A stretch of DNA of 58,804 nucleotides from a virus (Duplodnaviria > Caudoviricetes). Below, in pieces: positions 8,328 through 17,497 of this stretch. Position 1 is the first letter of the stretch, and every line of letters starts with the position of its first letter. Made by a program: the position numbers and the translations under genes. The DNA lies in IMG/VR virus record IMGVR_UViG_3300033150_000453, positions 1 to 58,804 of that record. One strand, 5' to 3'. Under the pieces are notes generated by a model, which saw only the letters and a program-made list of their open reading frames with translations, had not been told where the DNA came from and made no database searches.

Positions 8328-9659
8328 ATGCCTATCCCTCCCGGAACAAAATTTCATGGCGTAGCCCCCGGCGTCGATACCGACAACAAGGGGTCAAAGC
8401 GCAAGAACGACCAGCGGAACACTTACACCATCGAGGAGCTTGGCGGTGGCAATACCATAAGTGTAGTTGCTGATAGCAATATCCAAGCGGGCAGAGCTTG
8501 TTATATGGTAGGCAGTGACGAAGCTACGGGGTTGCCATTGGTATCTGACTCCCCGGCATCGGCACCTGTTGGAATAGGCAAGTATCTTGGTCTTCGGGAT
8601 TATTATTCGGGCAATGTTGCTGCTGGCGAGACGTTTGACCTTGTTGTCAACGGACCCGTGACGGCTATCCTTTATCGCACAGACAGAAACATTTATGGTG
8701 ATGGAGGGTTCTATGATGGCCAACCCATATACGTCCACCCTCGGTATGTGAATGAAATCAGCCCTATAGATGGTTCTGGGGTAAAGGTTGGGTATCTAGC
8801 GGACGCGACGGTTATTGACGGGTTTTATCGAAAGGTTTACCTTCAGCCCAACCCCACTACCACTTGGTTCGATGGTGTGGGGTATGGCTTGAGTCATAGG
8901 GTGCCGATTTTTTCTACCCCGAGAATTCCAAACAGCAATACGTATAAGATAGATACGTCCTATTCCGGCACGGGGCTTACGGGAGGAATGATTGTGGTCG
9001 CCCCATGGGTAGAGGGCACCGACAATACATCTACTTTGAAATTTATATCTGTCGGCGATTCTAACGGAACAAACGGAACTACAAGTGGTGTAATTCGCGG
9101 TACAGTTACGCTTGCTCTTGCCGACGATTATTCTTTTGGTGATTCAATTTACATTGAGTCCGGCGGTAGTGGACTTACCCCAACCTCAACTAGCGGAATT
9201 TCCGTTGGTATTATCACAGATGACAATCGAAGTGGTGCGTATGCGGTGGGGACATTTACGGGAGTTCCTTCCGACGGAGACACCATTGAATTCAATTCAA
9301 ACACGTTTTATTTTGTCTCTACAGTTAATTCTGGCAACGCTAGAAACCAGATTGAGATAGGCTCCTTGACATCCGCGAGCGACTTTGCGACTCTTTTCAA
9401 AGAAGTTGTTGATGCTGGCAGCGCAGCTACGGGCTCTGGCAGCGCACCTACAAGCGGCAATAGCTATTACATAGACTCTTTGGTCTTGGGCCTAAGAGCC
9501 AACACCCCGGCCATCAGTCTTGGAGACTTGGTTTACGTATACGCTGTTAAAGGCTCTGCGGGTAACGGTTACACAGCGACTTCTTCGTCCTCTGCATTTT
9601 CTTGGACCCAGACTTTTTCAGGAGGCTCTGATGATTATGAGTGTTACATAGACGTCTAA
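8328..9659 (+). CDS. Putative virion decoration/fibre protein, paralogue 4
   Basis: MPIPPGTKFHGVAPGVDTDNKGSKRKNDQR nearly equals the N-terminus of 2613..4094; GTFTGVPSDGDTIEFN module resembles TLTFSGLPANGETLTIG in paralogue 1. Confidence 0.72.
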   Translation: MPIPPGTKFHGVAPGVDTDNKGSKRKNDQRNTYTIEELGGGNTISVVADSNIQAGRACYMVGSDEATGLPLVSDSPASAPVGIGKYLGLRDYYSGNVAAGETFDLVVNGPVTAILYRTDRNIYGDGGFYDGQPIYVHPRYVNEISPIDGSGVKVGYLADATVIDGFYRKVYLQPNPTTTWFDGVGYGLSHRVPIFSTPRIPNSNTYKIDTSYSGTGLTGGMIVVAPWVEGTDNTSTLKFISVGDSNGTNGTTSGVIRGTVTLALADDYSFGDSIYIESGGSGLTPTSTSGISVGIITDDNRSGAYAVGTFTGVPSDGDTIEFNSNTFYFVSTVNSGNARNQIEIGSLTSASDFATLFKEVVDAGSAATGSGSAPTSGNSYYIDSLVLGLRANTPAISLGDLVYVYAVKGSAGNGYTATSSSSAFSWTQTFSGGSDDYECYIDV

Positions 9660-9766
9660 TGAACTGGACGGCTTTCGAGTGGACCCGGGTTGTCTTGGAC
9701 CTTTTGGCGGATGGATTGGTTATTGTTTTCTGCGTAGTCTCGATATCATTCTTGATTAAAAAGTAA
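9659..9766 (+). CDS. Small membrane peptide (35 aa), not in ORF track
   Basis: MNWTAFEWTRVVLDLLADGLVIVFCVVSISFLIKK; TAATG overlap. Confidence 0.45.
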   Translation: MNWTAFEWTRVVLDLLADGLVIVFCVVSISFLIKK

Positions 9767-9778
9767 GATGCGTCTGAA

Positions 9779-9791
9779 TTATCTTTATCGG
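9779..9791 (+). promoter_or_regulatory. TTATCTTTATCGG motif, copy 3
   Basis: Exact copy upstream of the lysis genes. Confidence 0.6.
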
Positions 9792-9853
9792 AGTAACAAG
9801 CACGAGCAGTATTGGATTTACTGGGACGAGCCCGATTGGGATAACAACGCATC

Positions 9854-10063
9854 ATGGACAGCACTATCACCTTGTTCGAAATCATCACCCTCTCCGGAGC
9901 CCTCATCGGAGTCTACGTCAAGTTGAGTAGCGAGGTCGGCAAGCTCAAGTCCCGCATCATCATGCTAGAGCGGCAGGAAAGCGAGGTGAAGGCAATGCTG
10001 ACGGCCCTTACCGAGGCTGTGCAAGAAATTAAGATTCTGCTGGCCCAAACGGGCATCAAGTGA
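9854..10063 (+). CDS. Putative holin-like membrane/coiled-coil protein
   Basis: One N-terminal hydrophobic helix plus coiled coil, directly before the endolysin. Confidence 0.55.
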   Translation: MDSTITLFEIITLSGALIGVYVKLSSEVGKLKSRIIMLERQESEVKAMLTALTEAVQEIKILLAQTGIK

Positions 10064-10413
10064 AGTACTTCACCTACGACGAATTCGACAGCCCGGACCA
10101 GCCGGGGTCGGGCTACGAGATGGAGCCCATCTTTTTGGAGAAGCTTGATTTGGCTCGCGAGCTGAGCGGCGTTCCGTACGTCATCAACTCTGGCTATCGT
10201 ACGGAGTACTGGAATCAAAAAGTTGGGGGCCGCGTTGGAAGCAGCCATCTTACGGGCTGGGCGGCCGACATCCGTGCTAACAGTTCCAACCGCCGGTTTT
10301 TTGTTCTGAAGGGCCTTATCGAAGCCGGATTCGACAGGATTGGCGTGGGCACCAACTTCATCCACGTGGACTGCGACCCGAGCAAAGCAGGCAACGTAAC
10401 GTGGTTGTACTGA
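10060..10413 (+). CDS. Endolysin, peptidase M15 family
   Basis: INSGYRT..N.KVGG...SSHLTGWAADI...RIGV...FIHVD Zn-peptidase motifs. Confidence 0.9.
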   Translation: MKYFTYDEFDSPDQPGSGYEMEPIFLEKLDLARELSGVPYVINSGYRTEYWNQKVGGRVGSSHLTGWAADIRANSSNRRFFVLKGLIEAGFDRIGVGTNFIHVDCDPSKAGNVTWLY

Positions 10414-10431
10414 ATTGCGTAACTTGGTTCC

Positions 10432-10590
10432 ATGATTGATTTTATCACTGAGTTTTGGGCTGAGCTTTTGCTCGCCGCTCTGGCATTCGCGAAGGTCATC
10501 GTGAATCTCACACCGACGGAGAGCGACAACCAAGTCTTCGGGTATCTGGATTTGCTTATTACTGCTATTACTGGCGACCGCCGTAAGTGA
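10432..10590 (+). CDS. Small holin-like membrane protein (52 aa), not in ORF track
   Basis: MIDFITEFWAELLLAALAFAKVIVNLTPTESDNQVFGYLDLLITAITGDRRK, directly after the endolysin. Confidence 0.6.
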   Translation: MIDFITEFWAELLLAALAFAKVIVNLTPTESDNQVFGYLDLLITAITGDRRK

Positions 10591-10591
10591 G

Positions 10592-11833
10592 ATGGCTAAG
10601 ATTGGCAACGACACAAGCTATCCTCAAAAGACAACCCCGGTAGGGGCGGATACGCTTATTGGCACCGACTCTCAGGATAACGAGAATACTAAGCAGTTTA
10701 CTGTTCAGGGCCTCGCGAACTTTGTGACAGGCGGCGGAGGCGTTGTCAACACCGTTACTGGGACTAGCCCTATACAGGCGACCCCGACTTCGGGCAACGT
10801 CAACGTAAGCCTTTCTACTGTGTCTTCTCAAGGCACATACAGTTACGCGAGCGTCATTGTGGACCAGTACGGCCGTGTTATTGGAGCTAACTCCAACACT
10901 CCCGTTACCGCTGCTTCCGCTGGCGGGACAAGCCTTACTGGGGATGTAACTTTTGCCGCAGGGCCAAACACCATTGTTACTGGTGACGCAGCCACCAACA
11001 CCATTACCATCGAGTCTACGGGGGGTGCGGGCCCCGGCGGTACGGTTACTCAGGTTAATACCGGGACAGGGCTCTCTGGAGGGCCGGTAACAACTACCGG
11101 AACCATTTCTTTGGCCAACACTGCTGTAACTGCGGGGAGCTATACAGCGCCTACTATTGCGGTTAATGCTCAGGGTCAGATTACTTCTGCATCGAGCAAC
11201 ACCATTGACCTTCAATACGTCCTCAATAACGGAGGTGTATCTAATGGTCAATCCGTTATTCTTACAGGCACAGGTGTTCAGATTAGTGCGCCGGGCGCGG
11301 TTTTTACCAGCTCTAACACTGGCTCCACTGTTACCGCCGACCTGCGTGTAGGCAACCAGCTTCTCGACTACAACAATGCCTTTGGGACTAGCGGTCAAGT
11401 CCTTGTGGCGGACCCTAATGCGGGGGGAGTTGGGGTACCCGGGGTGGTTTGGGCCAACCCCTCTACATTCACGGCCACAGCCACGATTAGTTCAGCGGCG
11501 CTAAATGCAGCTACTCCCGTTCAAGTTGTAGCTGCGCCCGGAGCCGGCAAGTACATTCAGGTCATTTCTGCCGCAGCGAAATACAACTACGGAACCTCGA
11601 CTTATAGCTTTAACCAGCCTTTGAAGCTGTACACGAACGTCAGCAGCCCGCAGTTTGAGCTTGACGAAAACTTCTTGCTCCTCCCGGCAAGTCAGGTCCG
11701 AGCTATGTCTTTGACTACTAGCGGAGCCCTGACTGAAAACACCGCACTTTTCTTTGCTCCGGCCGCTGTTCCGAGTTCAAATGGCGACGGAGATATTGAA
11801 CTTAACGTACAGTATCGTATTGTTGAGTTCTGA
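10592..11833 (+). CDS. Tail fibre protein
   Basis: Two fibre repeats (YASVIVDQYGRVI; YTAPTIAVNAQGQIT); G/T-rich shaft; segment shared with 5365..6069. Confidence 0.78.
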   Translation: MAKIGNDTSYPQKTTPVGADTLIGTDSQDNENTKQFTVQGLANFVTGGGGVVNTVTGTSPIQATPTSGNVNVSLSTVSSQGTYSYASVIVDQYGRVIGANSNTPVTAASAGGTSLTGDVTFAAGPNTIVTGDAATNTITIESTGGAGPGGTVTQVNTGTGLSGGPVTTTGTISLANTAVTAGSYTAPTIAVNAQGQITSASSNTIDLQYVLNNGGVSNGQSVILTGTGVQISAPGAVFTSSNTGSTVTADLRVGNQLLDYNNAFGTSGQVLVADPNAGGVGVPGVVWANPSTFTATATISSAALNAATPVQVVAAPGAGKYIQVISAAAKYNYGTSTYSFNQPLKLYTNVSSPQFELDENFLLLPASQVRAMSLTTSGALTENTALFFAPAAVPSSNGDGDIELNVQYRIVEF

Positions 11834-12051
11834 TGCGAGACATTAGAAAGCTCTGTGTCGGTCCGAACTACAAGGACTCGATGTGTTACGTGGTGGGGCA
11901 GCCAGTTCTTGGCGGCACCCACCATGTGCATTTAATTAAATACGTAGACGGCAACTTCCTCATCTTCATTGAGCAGGAGGACGTGATTGTGCTTTGGAAA
12001 GAGTTCACGTCTCCCATGCCGATTTCAATAGAGTACAATATCAACTTTTGA
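11833..12051 (+). CDS. Hypothetical protein
   Basis: Coupled ORF (IRKLCVGPNYKDSMCYVVGQ...LWKEF...MPISIEYNINF). Confidence 0.7.
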   Translation: MRDIRKLCVGPNYKDSMCYVVGQPVLGGTHHVHLIKYVDGNFLIFIEQEDVIVLWKEFTSPMPISIEYNINF

Positions 12052-12599
12052 GAGCAGTAGAGCAATTCATTGTACGGGGAGATAGATACGCAAATACCAA
12101 GGGGGACCTCATCGTCAGCGCGAACGAGGAGGACCACCGCTTTTCGAACCGGGAGGGCGAGGTAGTTGCGTTACCCTTGGGCTACGACGGCCCTATCTCT
12201 GTTGGCGACACCCTACTTGTTCACCACAACGTGTTCAAGTACTATAACGACATGAAGGGTCGCCGGCAAAGCGGCAGGAGCTTTCTCAGGGACGACCTCT
12301 TCCTCGTCGACTTCGACCAGTTCTATATGTGGCGTTCGGACGGGGACTGGCGCCCCCACGACAGGTTTTGTTTTGTCAAACCCATACCTCCTGTAGAGTC
12401 AACAATATTTAAGCCGTTGACAGAGGAGCCGTTGATGGGTATAATGAGTTACCCAAATGATTATCTTATGGCGCAAGGAATCAAGTCTGGTGACACGGTA
12501 ACCTTTAGACCCGAAAGCGAGTACGAGTTCATTGTTGACGGGGAGAAGTTGTACCGAATGTTCGACCACCAAATCACATGCAAGATTCAAGGAGGCTGA
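12048..12599 (+). CDS. Divergent GroES-like protein with two modules
   Basis: GEVVALP....ISVGDTLLVHH and IKSGDTVTF..SEYEFIVDGEKLYRMFDHQI; TTG start at 12048 inferred from overlap. Confidence 0.6.
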   Translation: MRAVEQFIVRGDRYANTKGDLIVSANEEDHRFSNREGEVVALPLGYDGPISVGDTLLVHHNVFKYYNDMKGRRQSGRSFLRDDLFLVDFDQFYMWRSDGDWRPHDRFCFVKPIPPVESTIFKPLTEEPLMGIMSYPNDYLMAQGIKSGDTVTFRPESEYEFIVDGEKLYRMFDHQITCKIQGG

Positions 12600-12859
12600 A
12601 GGAACGCATCATTGCTGCCGGCCGCGTGGCCGTGGAGCAACTCATCAAGGTTGCTCAGGAGGACATCCTGAAGCCGGGTGAGGATGATGACCTTGCGGCA
12701 GACAGGCTGAAAAATGCGGCGGCTACGAAGAAGCTGGCCATCATGGACGCCTTTGAAATCTTGAATCGCATCGACTCCGAAGAAGAGGAGTTGGAGCTGG
12801 CGTCGAGCTCTACCAAGACAGAAACTAAGGTGGGGTTTGCAGAGCGACGTTCCAGATAA
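12578..12859 (+). CDS. Helical protein, possible terminase small subunit
   Basis: Position directly upstream of terL; function inferred from position only. Confidence 0.45.
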   Translation: MQDSRRLKERIIAAGRVAVEQLIKVAQEDILKPGEDDDLAADRLKNAAATKKLAIMDAFEILNRIDSEEEELELASSSTKTETKVGFAERRSR

Positions 12860-15056
12860 GCTATACACCGTTCGGTACGACTACGTATCGAAGGGAGTGG
12901 TATCCAACAAGAACCGCGCGAAGACGTGGATGTATGGATACAACGAGAAGTACGACATGGTCGTTATCTCCAAGACCGGACAGATTGGAGACATCATAGA
13001 GGTCAACGGCCTCGTTATCGCGCTCCCCTTGGCGCCGAAAGACTTGCCCAAGGGCAATAACAAGTGGGTCCGCGAAGAGCTCCCCAAGGCCCTTTCTCGC
13101 GTCCAGAGCATCTTCCAATGGAATGATATGCCCAAGGCGTTCAAGGCGCAGTGGGTAGACTATATCGAGAGCGAATTCGACCGCCGGGAGGAGGGCCATT
13201 GGTTCATTAACAACGGCATCTCGACGTACATCACGGGCGCCCACTACATGTACTTGCAGTGGACGAGCATCGACGTGGGCTACCCCGACTACCGCGAGGC
13301 CAATCGGATATTCTTTATCTTCTGGGAAGCGTGCAAGGCGGACCCCCGCAGCTTCGGTATGGTATACCTGAAGATTCGTCGTTCGGGATTTTCGTTCATG
13401 GGGTCTTCGGAGTGCGTCAACACAGGAACTCTAGCCAAGGACTCACGAGTTGGGATACTCTCAAAGACAGGTAACGACGCGAAAAAGATGTTCACCGACA
13501 AGGTGGTACCCATCGCGAACCGACTTCCATTCTTCTTCAAACCGATACAGGACGGCATGGATAAGCCGAAAACGGAACTGGCGTTTCGTATACCTGCTTC
13601 GAAGATTACAAAGAAGAACATGTACGATGTGGAGGACGAAGAGATTTTCGGACTGGACACGACCATCGACTGGAAGAACACCGACGACAACTCCTACGAC
13701 GGAGAGAAGCTCCTCCTCCTCGTCCACGACGAGAGCGGAAAGTGGATTAAGCCCAACAACATCCTCAACAACTGGCGAGTTACCAAGACGTGTTTGCGCT
13801 TGGGCAGCAAGATTATCGGCAAGTGCCTTATGGGCTCCACTTCGAACGCGCTGGCGAAGGGAGGCTCAAATTTCAAGAAGCTATACGAGGATTCCGACCC
13901 GCGTGTACGCAACGCCAACGGACAAACCAAGAGCGGCATGTACTCCCTCTTCATCCCGATGGAGTACAATATGGAAGGCTTCATCGACGAGTTCGGCCAC
14001 CCGGTGTTCCACGCGCCGGAGAAGCCGGTGATGGGTGTCGACGGCGAGAAGATTCGTGGCGGGGCGGTAGACTACTGGGACGCGGAGGTCGAAAGCATGA
14101 AGAGCGACCCCGACGCCCTTAACGAGTTCTACCGACAGTTTCCGCGTACTGAGTCGCACGCTTTCCGGGACGAAAGCAAGCAGAGCCTATTTAATCTGAC
14201 CAAGATTTACCAGCAGATTGATTACGCCGACAGCCTTGTCAAAGAGCACTACCTCACGCGCGGTTCGTTTCAGTGGCAGAACGGAATCAAGGACAGCAAA
14301 GTCATCTTCAGTCCCGACAAGCGGGGCAGATTTAATGTGTCTTGGACGCCACCCCAGCACATGCAAAATCGTTGGATAGACAAACGTGGCGTTAAGTATC
14401 CCGGCAATGAACATCTCGGTTCCTTTGGATGTGACTCCTACGACATTAGTGGCACTGTTGGCGGTGGTGGTAGTAATGGCGCTCTGCACGGAATGACCAA
14501 GTTCCACATGGACGACGCGCCTACCAACGAGTTCTTCTTGGAGTATGTCGCCCGCCCGCAGACGGCGGAGATTTTCTTCGAGGAGGTGCTCATGGCTTGC
14601 ATCTTCTATGGTATGCCCATCTTGATTGAGAACAACAAGCCCCGCCTGTTGTACCACTTCAAGAACCGAGGGTATCGCGGGTTCTGTATGAACCGTCCGG
14701 ACAAGCACTTCAATAAGTTGAGTAAGACCGAGCGCGAGCTGGGCGGCATCCCCAACAGTTCTGAAGACGTCAAGCAGGCCCACGCCGCCGCCGTGGAGAG
14801 CTATATCGAAAAGCACGTTGGCGTGCTAGAGGACGGAGAAATTGGGATGATGCCGTTCGTCAGAACCCTTGAGGACTGGGCACGATTTGATATTAGCAAC
14901 CGTACTGCATTTGACGCCACCATTAGCAGCGGACTGGCTGTTATGGCCAACCAAAAACACCTCTATCTTCCTGAGCAGAAGAAGAGTTCAATAAGCATTA
15001 CCTTGCCGAGATATAACAATCGTGGTTATAGGAGCGAGCTGAATGAAGGACGTTAA
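12837..15056 (+). CDS. terL: Terminase large subunit
   Basis: LKIRRSGFS Walker A-like, LLLVHDESGKW Walker B, MGST motif, FGCDSYD and ILIENN nuclease motifs. Confidence 0.9.
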   Translation: MQSDVPDKLYTVRYDYVSKGVVSNKNRAKTWMYGYNEKYDMVVISKTGQIGDIIEVNGLVIALPLAPKDLPKGNNKWVREELPKALSRVQSIFQWNDMPKAFKAQWVDYIESEFDRREEGHWFINNGISTYITGAHYMYLQWTSIDVGYPDYREANRIFFIFWEACKADPRSFGMVYLKIRRSGFSFMGSSECVNTGTLAKDSRVGILSKTGNDAKKMFTDKVVPIANRLPFFFKPIQDGMDKPKTELAFRIPASKITKKNMYDVEDEEIFGLDTTIDWKNTDDNSYDGEKLLLLVHDESGKWIKPNNILNNWRVTKTCLRLGSKIIGKCLMGSTSNALAKGGSNFKKLYEDSDPRVRNANGQTKSGMYSLFIPMEYNMEGFIDEFGHPVFHAPEKPVMGVDGEKIRGGAVDYWDAEVESMKSDPDALNEFYRQFPRTESHAFRDESKQSLFNLTKIYQQIDYADSLVKEHYLTRGSFQWQNGIKDSKVIFSPDKRGRFNVSWTPPQHMQNRWIDKRGVKYPGNEHLGSFGCDSYDISGTVGGGGSNGALHGMTKFHMDDAPTNEFFLEYVARPQTAEIFFEEVLMACIFYGMPILIENNKPRLLYHFKNRGYRGFCMNRPDKHFNKLSKTERELGGIPNSSEDVKQAHAAAVESYIEKHVGVLEDGEIGMMPFVRTLEDWARFDISNRTAFDATISSGLAVMANQKHLYLPEQKKSSISITLPRYNNRGYRSELNEGR

Positions 15057-17478
15057 GGTTAACATCTCTACTGCTGGTTTCCCAAGTCAGTTCGTTTCTG
15101 ACGCGGAGAAGGCATCGGACGAGTACGGCCTTATGGTCGGACAAGCCATTCAATACGAGTGGTTCAAGAAAGACGGCAACCAGTGCCGTTTCTACAATCA
15201 GTGGCGAGACTTCAATCGTTTGCGCCTCTACGCTCGTGGAGAGCAAAGCATTGCCAAATACAAGAACGAACTCGCCATTGATGGTGACCTTTCGTATTTG
15301 AATTTGGATTGGACGCCGGTTCCTATCCTCCCGAAGTTCGTGGACATCGTCGTCAACGGCATGTCGGAGCGCCTTTTTAAGGTTCAGGCTTACGCTCAAG
15401 ACGCGCTGTCTCAGTCTAAGCGGAGCAAGTATCAGGACATGATTGAGGGACAGATGGTCGCCAAGCCTGTCCTCCAGCTCATACAGGAGAAGACGGGCGT
15501 AGACCCCTTTACCATGGACCCGGCTGACTTGCCGAGCACGGACGAGGAGCTGAGCTTGTACATGCAGCTTAACTACAAGCCTGCCATCGAGATTGCTGAG
15601 GAAGAGGCCATCAACACCATCCTTGAGGAGAATCACTATGTGGACACCCGAAAGCGCCTCGACTACGACCTAACCGTCTTGGGCATCAGCGTGGCCAAGC
15701 ATGAGTTCTTGCCGGGCTCGGGTGTGCAGGTTTCTTACGTCGACCCGGCCAACGTCGTATACAGCTATACGGAAGACCCTCAGTTCAAGGACTGCTTCTA
15801 CTGGGGTGAGATTAAGACACTTCCCATCACTGAGCTGATGAAGATTGACCCAAGCCTCACCAACGAGGACTTGGAGGAGATTAGCAAGTACAGCCAGAGT
15901 TGGTACGACTACTACAACGTGGCCCAGTTCTACGAGAACGATATGTTCTATCGTGACGTGGCTACGCTGATGTACTTCAACTACAAGACAACCAAGAAGA
16001 TTGTCTACAAGAAGAAGAAGCTCGACGGCGACGGAGCCCGGATGATTGAAAAGGACGACCAGTTCAATCCGCCGGACGAGATGATGGAGGAGGGCAACTT
16101 CGAGAAGGTCGAGAAGACCATCGACGTTTGGTACGAGGGCATCATGGTTATGGGCACCAATATCCTGCTGAAGTGGGAGGTGGCCGAGAACATGGTTCGC
16201 CCGAAGTCGGCAAGCCAGCACGCCCTGCCCAACTACGTGGCTACGGCCCCCCGTATGTACAAGGGCGTCATCGAGTCCTTGGTCCGGCGCATGGTCCCCT
16301 TCGCGGACCTCATCCAGATTACGCACCTCAAGCTCCAGCAGGTTATCGCACGTACGGTACCGGACGGGGTGTATATCGACGCCGACGGCCTCAACGAGGT
16401 TGACCTTGGGACGGGCAACGCATACAACCCTGAAGACGCTCTACGGCTCTACTTCCAAACGGGTAGCGTCATCGGTCGCTCCTTCACTCAGGACGGAGAG
16501 TTCAACCATGGCAAGGTTCCCATTCAGGAGCTTACCTCCAACAGCGGTGCGTCTAAGACGCAGATGCTGATTGGCAACATGAACCACTACCTGCAAATGA
16601 TTCGTGACGTCACAGGTCTCAATGAGGCCCGCGACGGTAGCACTCCCGACCCGCATAGTCTGGTCGGCTTGCAGAAGCTGGCTGCGGCAAACAGCAATAC
16701 GGCTACCCGCCACATTCTGGACGGCAGCCTGTACATGTTCCGGTCTCTGGCTGAGGCCCTGACGTATCGGGTTAGCGATATCCTTGAGTACGCTGACTTC
16801 AAGGACGAGTTCGCCAACCAGATTGGTAAGTACAACGTCAGTATCCTCGGTGAGATTAACGACCTGTACATCTACGACTTCGGCATCTTCATTGAGGTCA
16901 GCCCCGATGAGGAGCAGCGTGCGCAACTCGAGGCCAATATTCAAATGGCTTTGAGCAAGGGCGACATCAACCTCGAGGACGCCATCGACATCCGTGAGCT
17001 CAAGAACATCAAGCTCGCCAACCAACTGCTGAAGGTCAAGCGTATGGCCAAGCAGGAGAGGGAGCAGAAGATGGCTCTTCAGCAGCAGGCCATGCAGCAG
17101 CAAGCTAATATGCAGTCACAGCAAATGGCAGCTCAGACGGCTATGCAGAAGATTCAGGCTGAGTCGCAGGGCAAAATGCAGGTCAAGCAGGCCGAGATTG
17201 CATTTGAGATTGAGAAGATGCAGGCCGAGGCGCAGCTCAAGGCACAGCTTATGGAGCGCGAGTTCCAGTACCAGATGCAGATTGCTGGCATCCAAGAGCA
17301 GGGTTTGCAGCAGCGCGAGGACAACCGCGAGCAGGCCAAGGCCAGCCGCATTAGTCAACAAAATACTGAGCAGAGCAAGCTTATCGACCAACGGAAGAAT
17401 AACTTGCCGCCAATCAATTTCGAGTCGAATGAAGACAGCTTGGACGGCTTCGACTTGGCAGAATTTAGTCCGAGATAA
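15043..17478 (+). CDS. Portal protein
   Basis: 811 aa after terL; VPILPKFVDIVVNG, IRDVTGLNEARDG, Q-rich helical C-terminal barrel. Confidence 0.85.
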   Translation: MKDVKVNISTAGFPSQFVSDAEKASDEYGLMVGQAIQYEWFKKDGNQCRFYNQWRDFNRLRLYARGEQSIAKYKNELAIDGDLSYLNLDWTPVPILPKFVDIVVNGMSERLFKVQAYAQDALSQSKRSKYQDMIEGQMVAKPVLQLIQEKTGVDPFTMDPADLPSTDEELSLYMQLNYKPAIEIAEEEAINTILEENHYVDTRKRLDYDLTVLGISVAKHEFLPGSGVQVSYVDPANVVYSYTEDPQFKDCFYWGEIKTLPITELMKIDPSLTNEDLEEISKYSQSWYDYYNVAQFYENDMFYRDVATLMYFNYKTTKKIVYKKKKLDGDGARMIEKDDQFNPPDEMMEEGNFEKVEKTIDVWYEGIMVMGTNILLKWEVAENMVRPKSASQHALPNYVATAPRMYKGVIESLVRRMVPFADLIQITHLKLQQVIARTVPDGVYIDADGLNEVDLGTGNAYNPEDALRLYFQTGSVIGRSFTQDGEFNHGKVPIQELTSNSGASKTQMLIGNMNHYLQMIRDVTGLNEARDGSTPDPHSLVGLQKLAAANSNTATRHILDGSLYMFRSLAEALTYRVSDILEYADFKDEFANQIGKYNVSILGEINDLYIYDFGIFIEVSPDEEQRAQLEANIQMALSKGDINLEDAIDIRELKNIKLANQLLKVKRMAKQEREQKMALQQQAMQQQANMQSQQMAAQTAMQKIQAESQGKMQVKQAEIAFEIEKMQAEAQLKAQLMEREFQYQMQIAGIQEQGLQQREDNREQAKASRISQQNTEQSKLIDQRKNNLPPINFESNEDSLDGFDLAEFSPR

Positions 17479-17497
17479 ATAATATAATTTTACAGCA

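Noticed and set aside
6199-9791. Invertible shufflon
   Set aside because: All repeats are direct, all genes are on one strand, and no site-specific recombinase is recognisable
9768-9926. Trp-rich ORF MRLNYLYRSNKHEQYWIYWDEPDW
   Set aside because: It runs through a promoter-like motif and overlaps the holin-like gene by about 70 nt, with no other support
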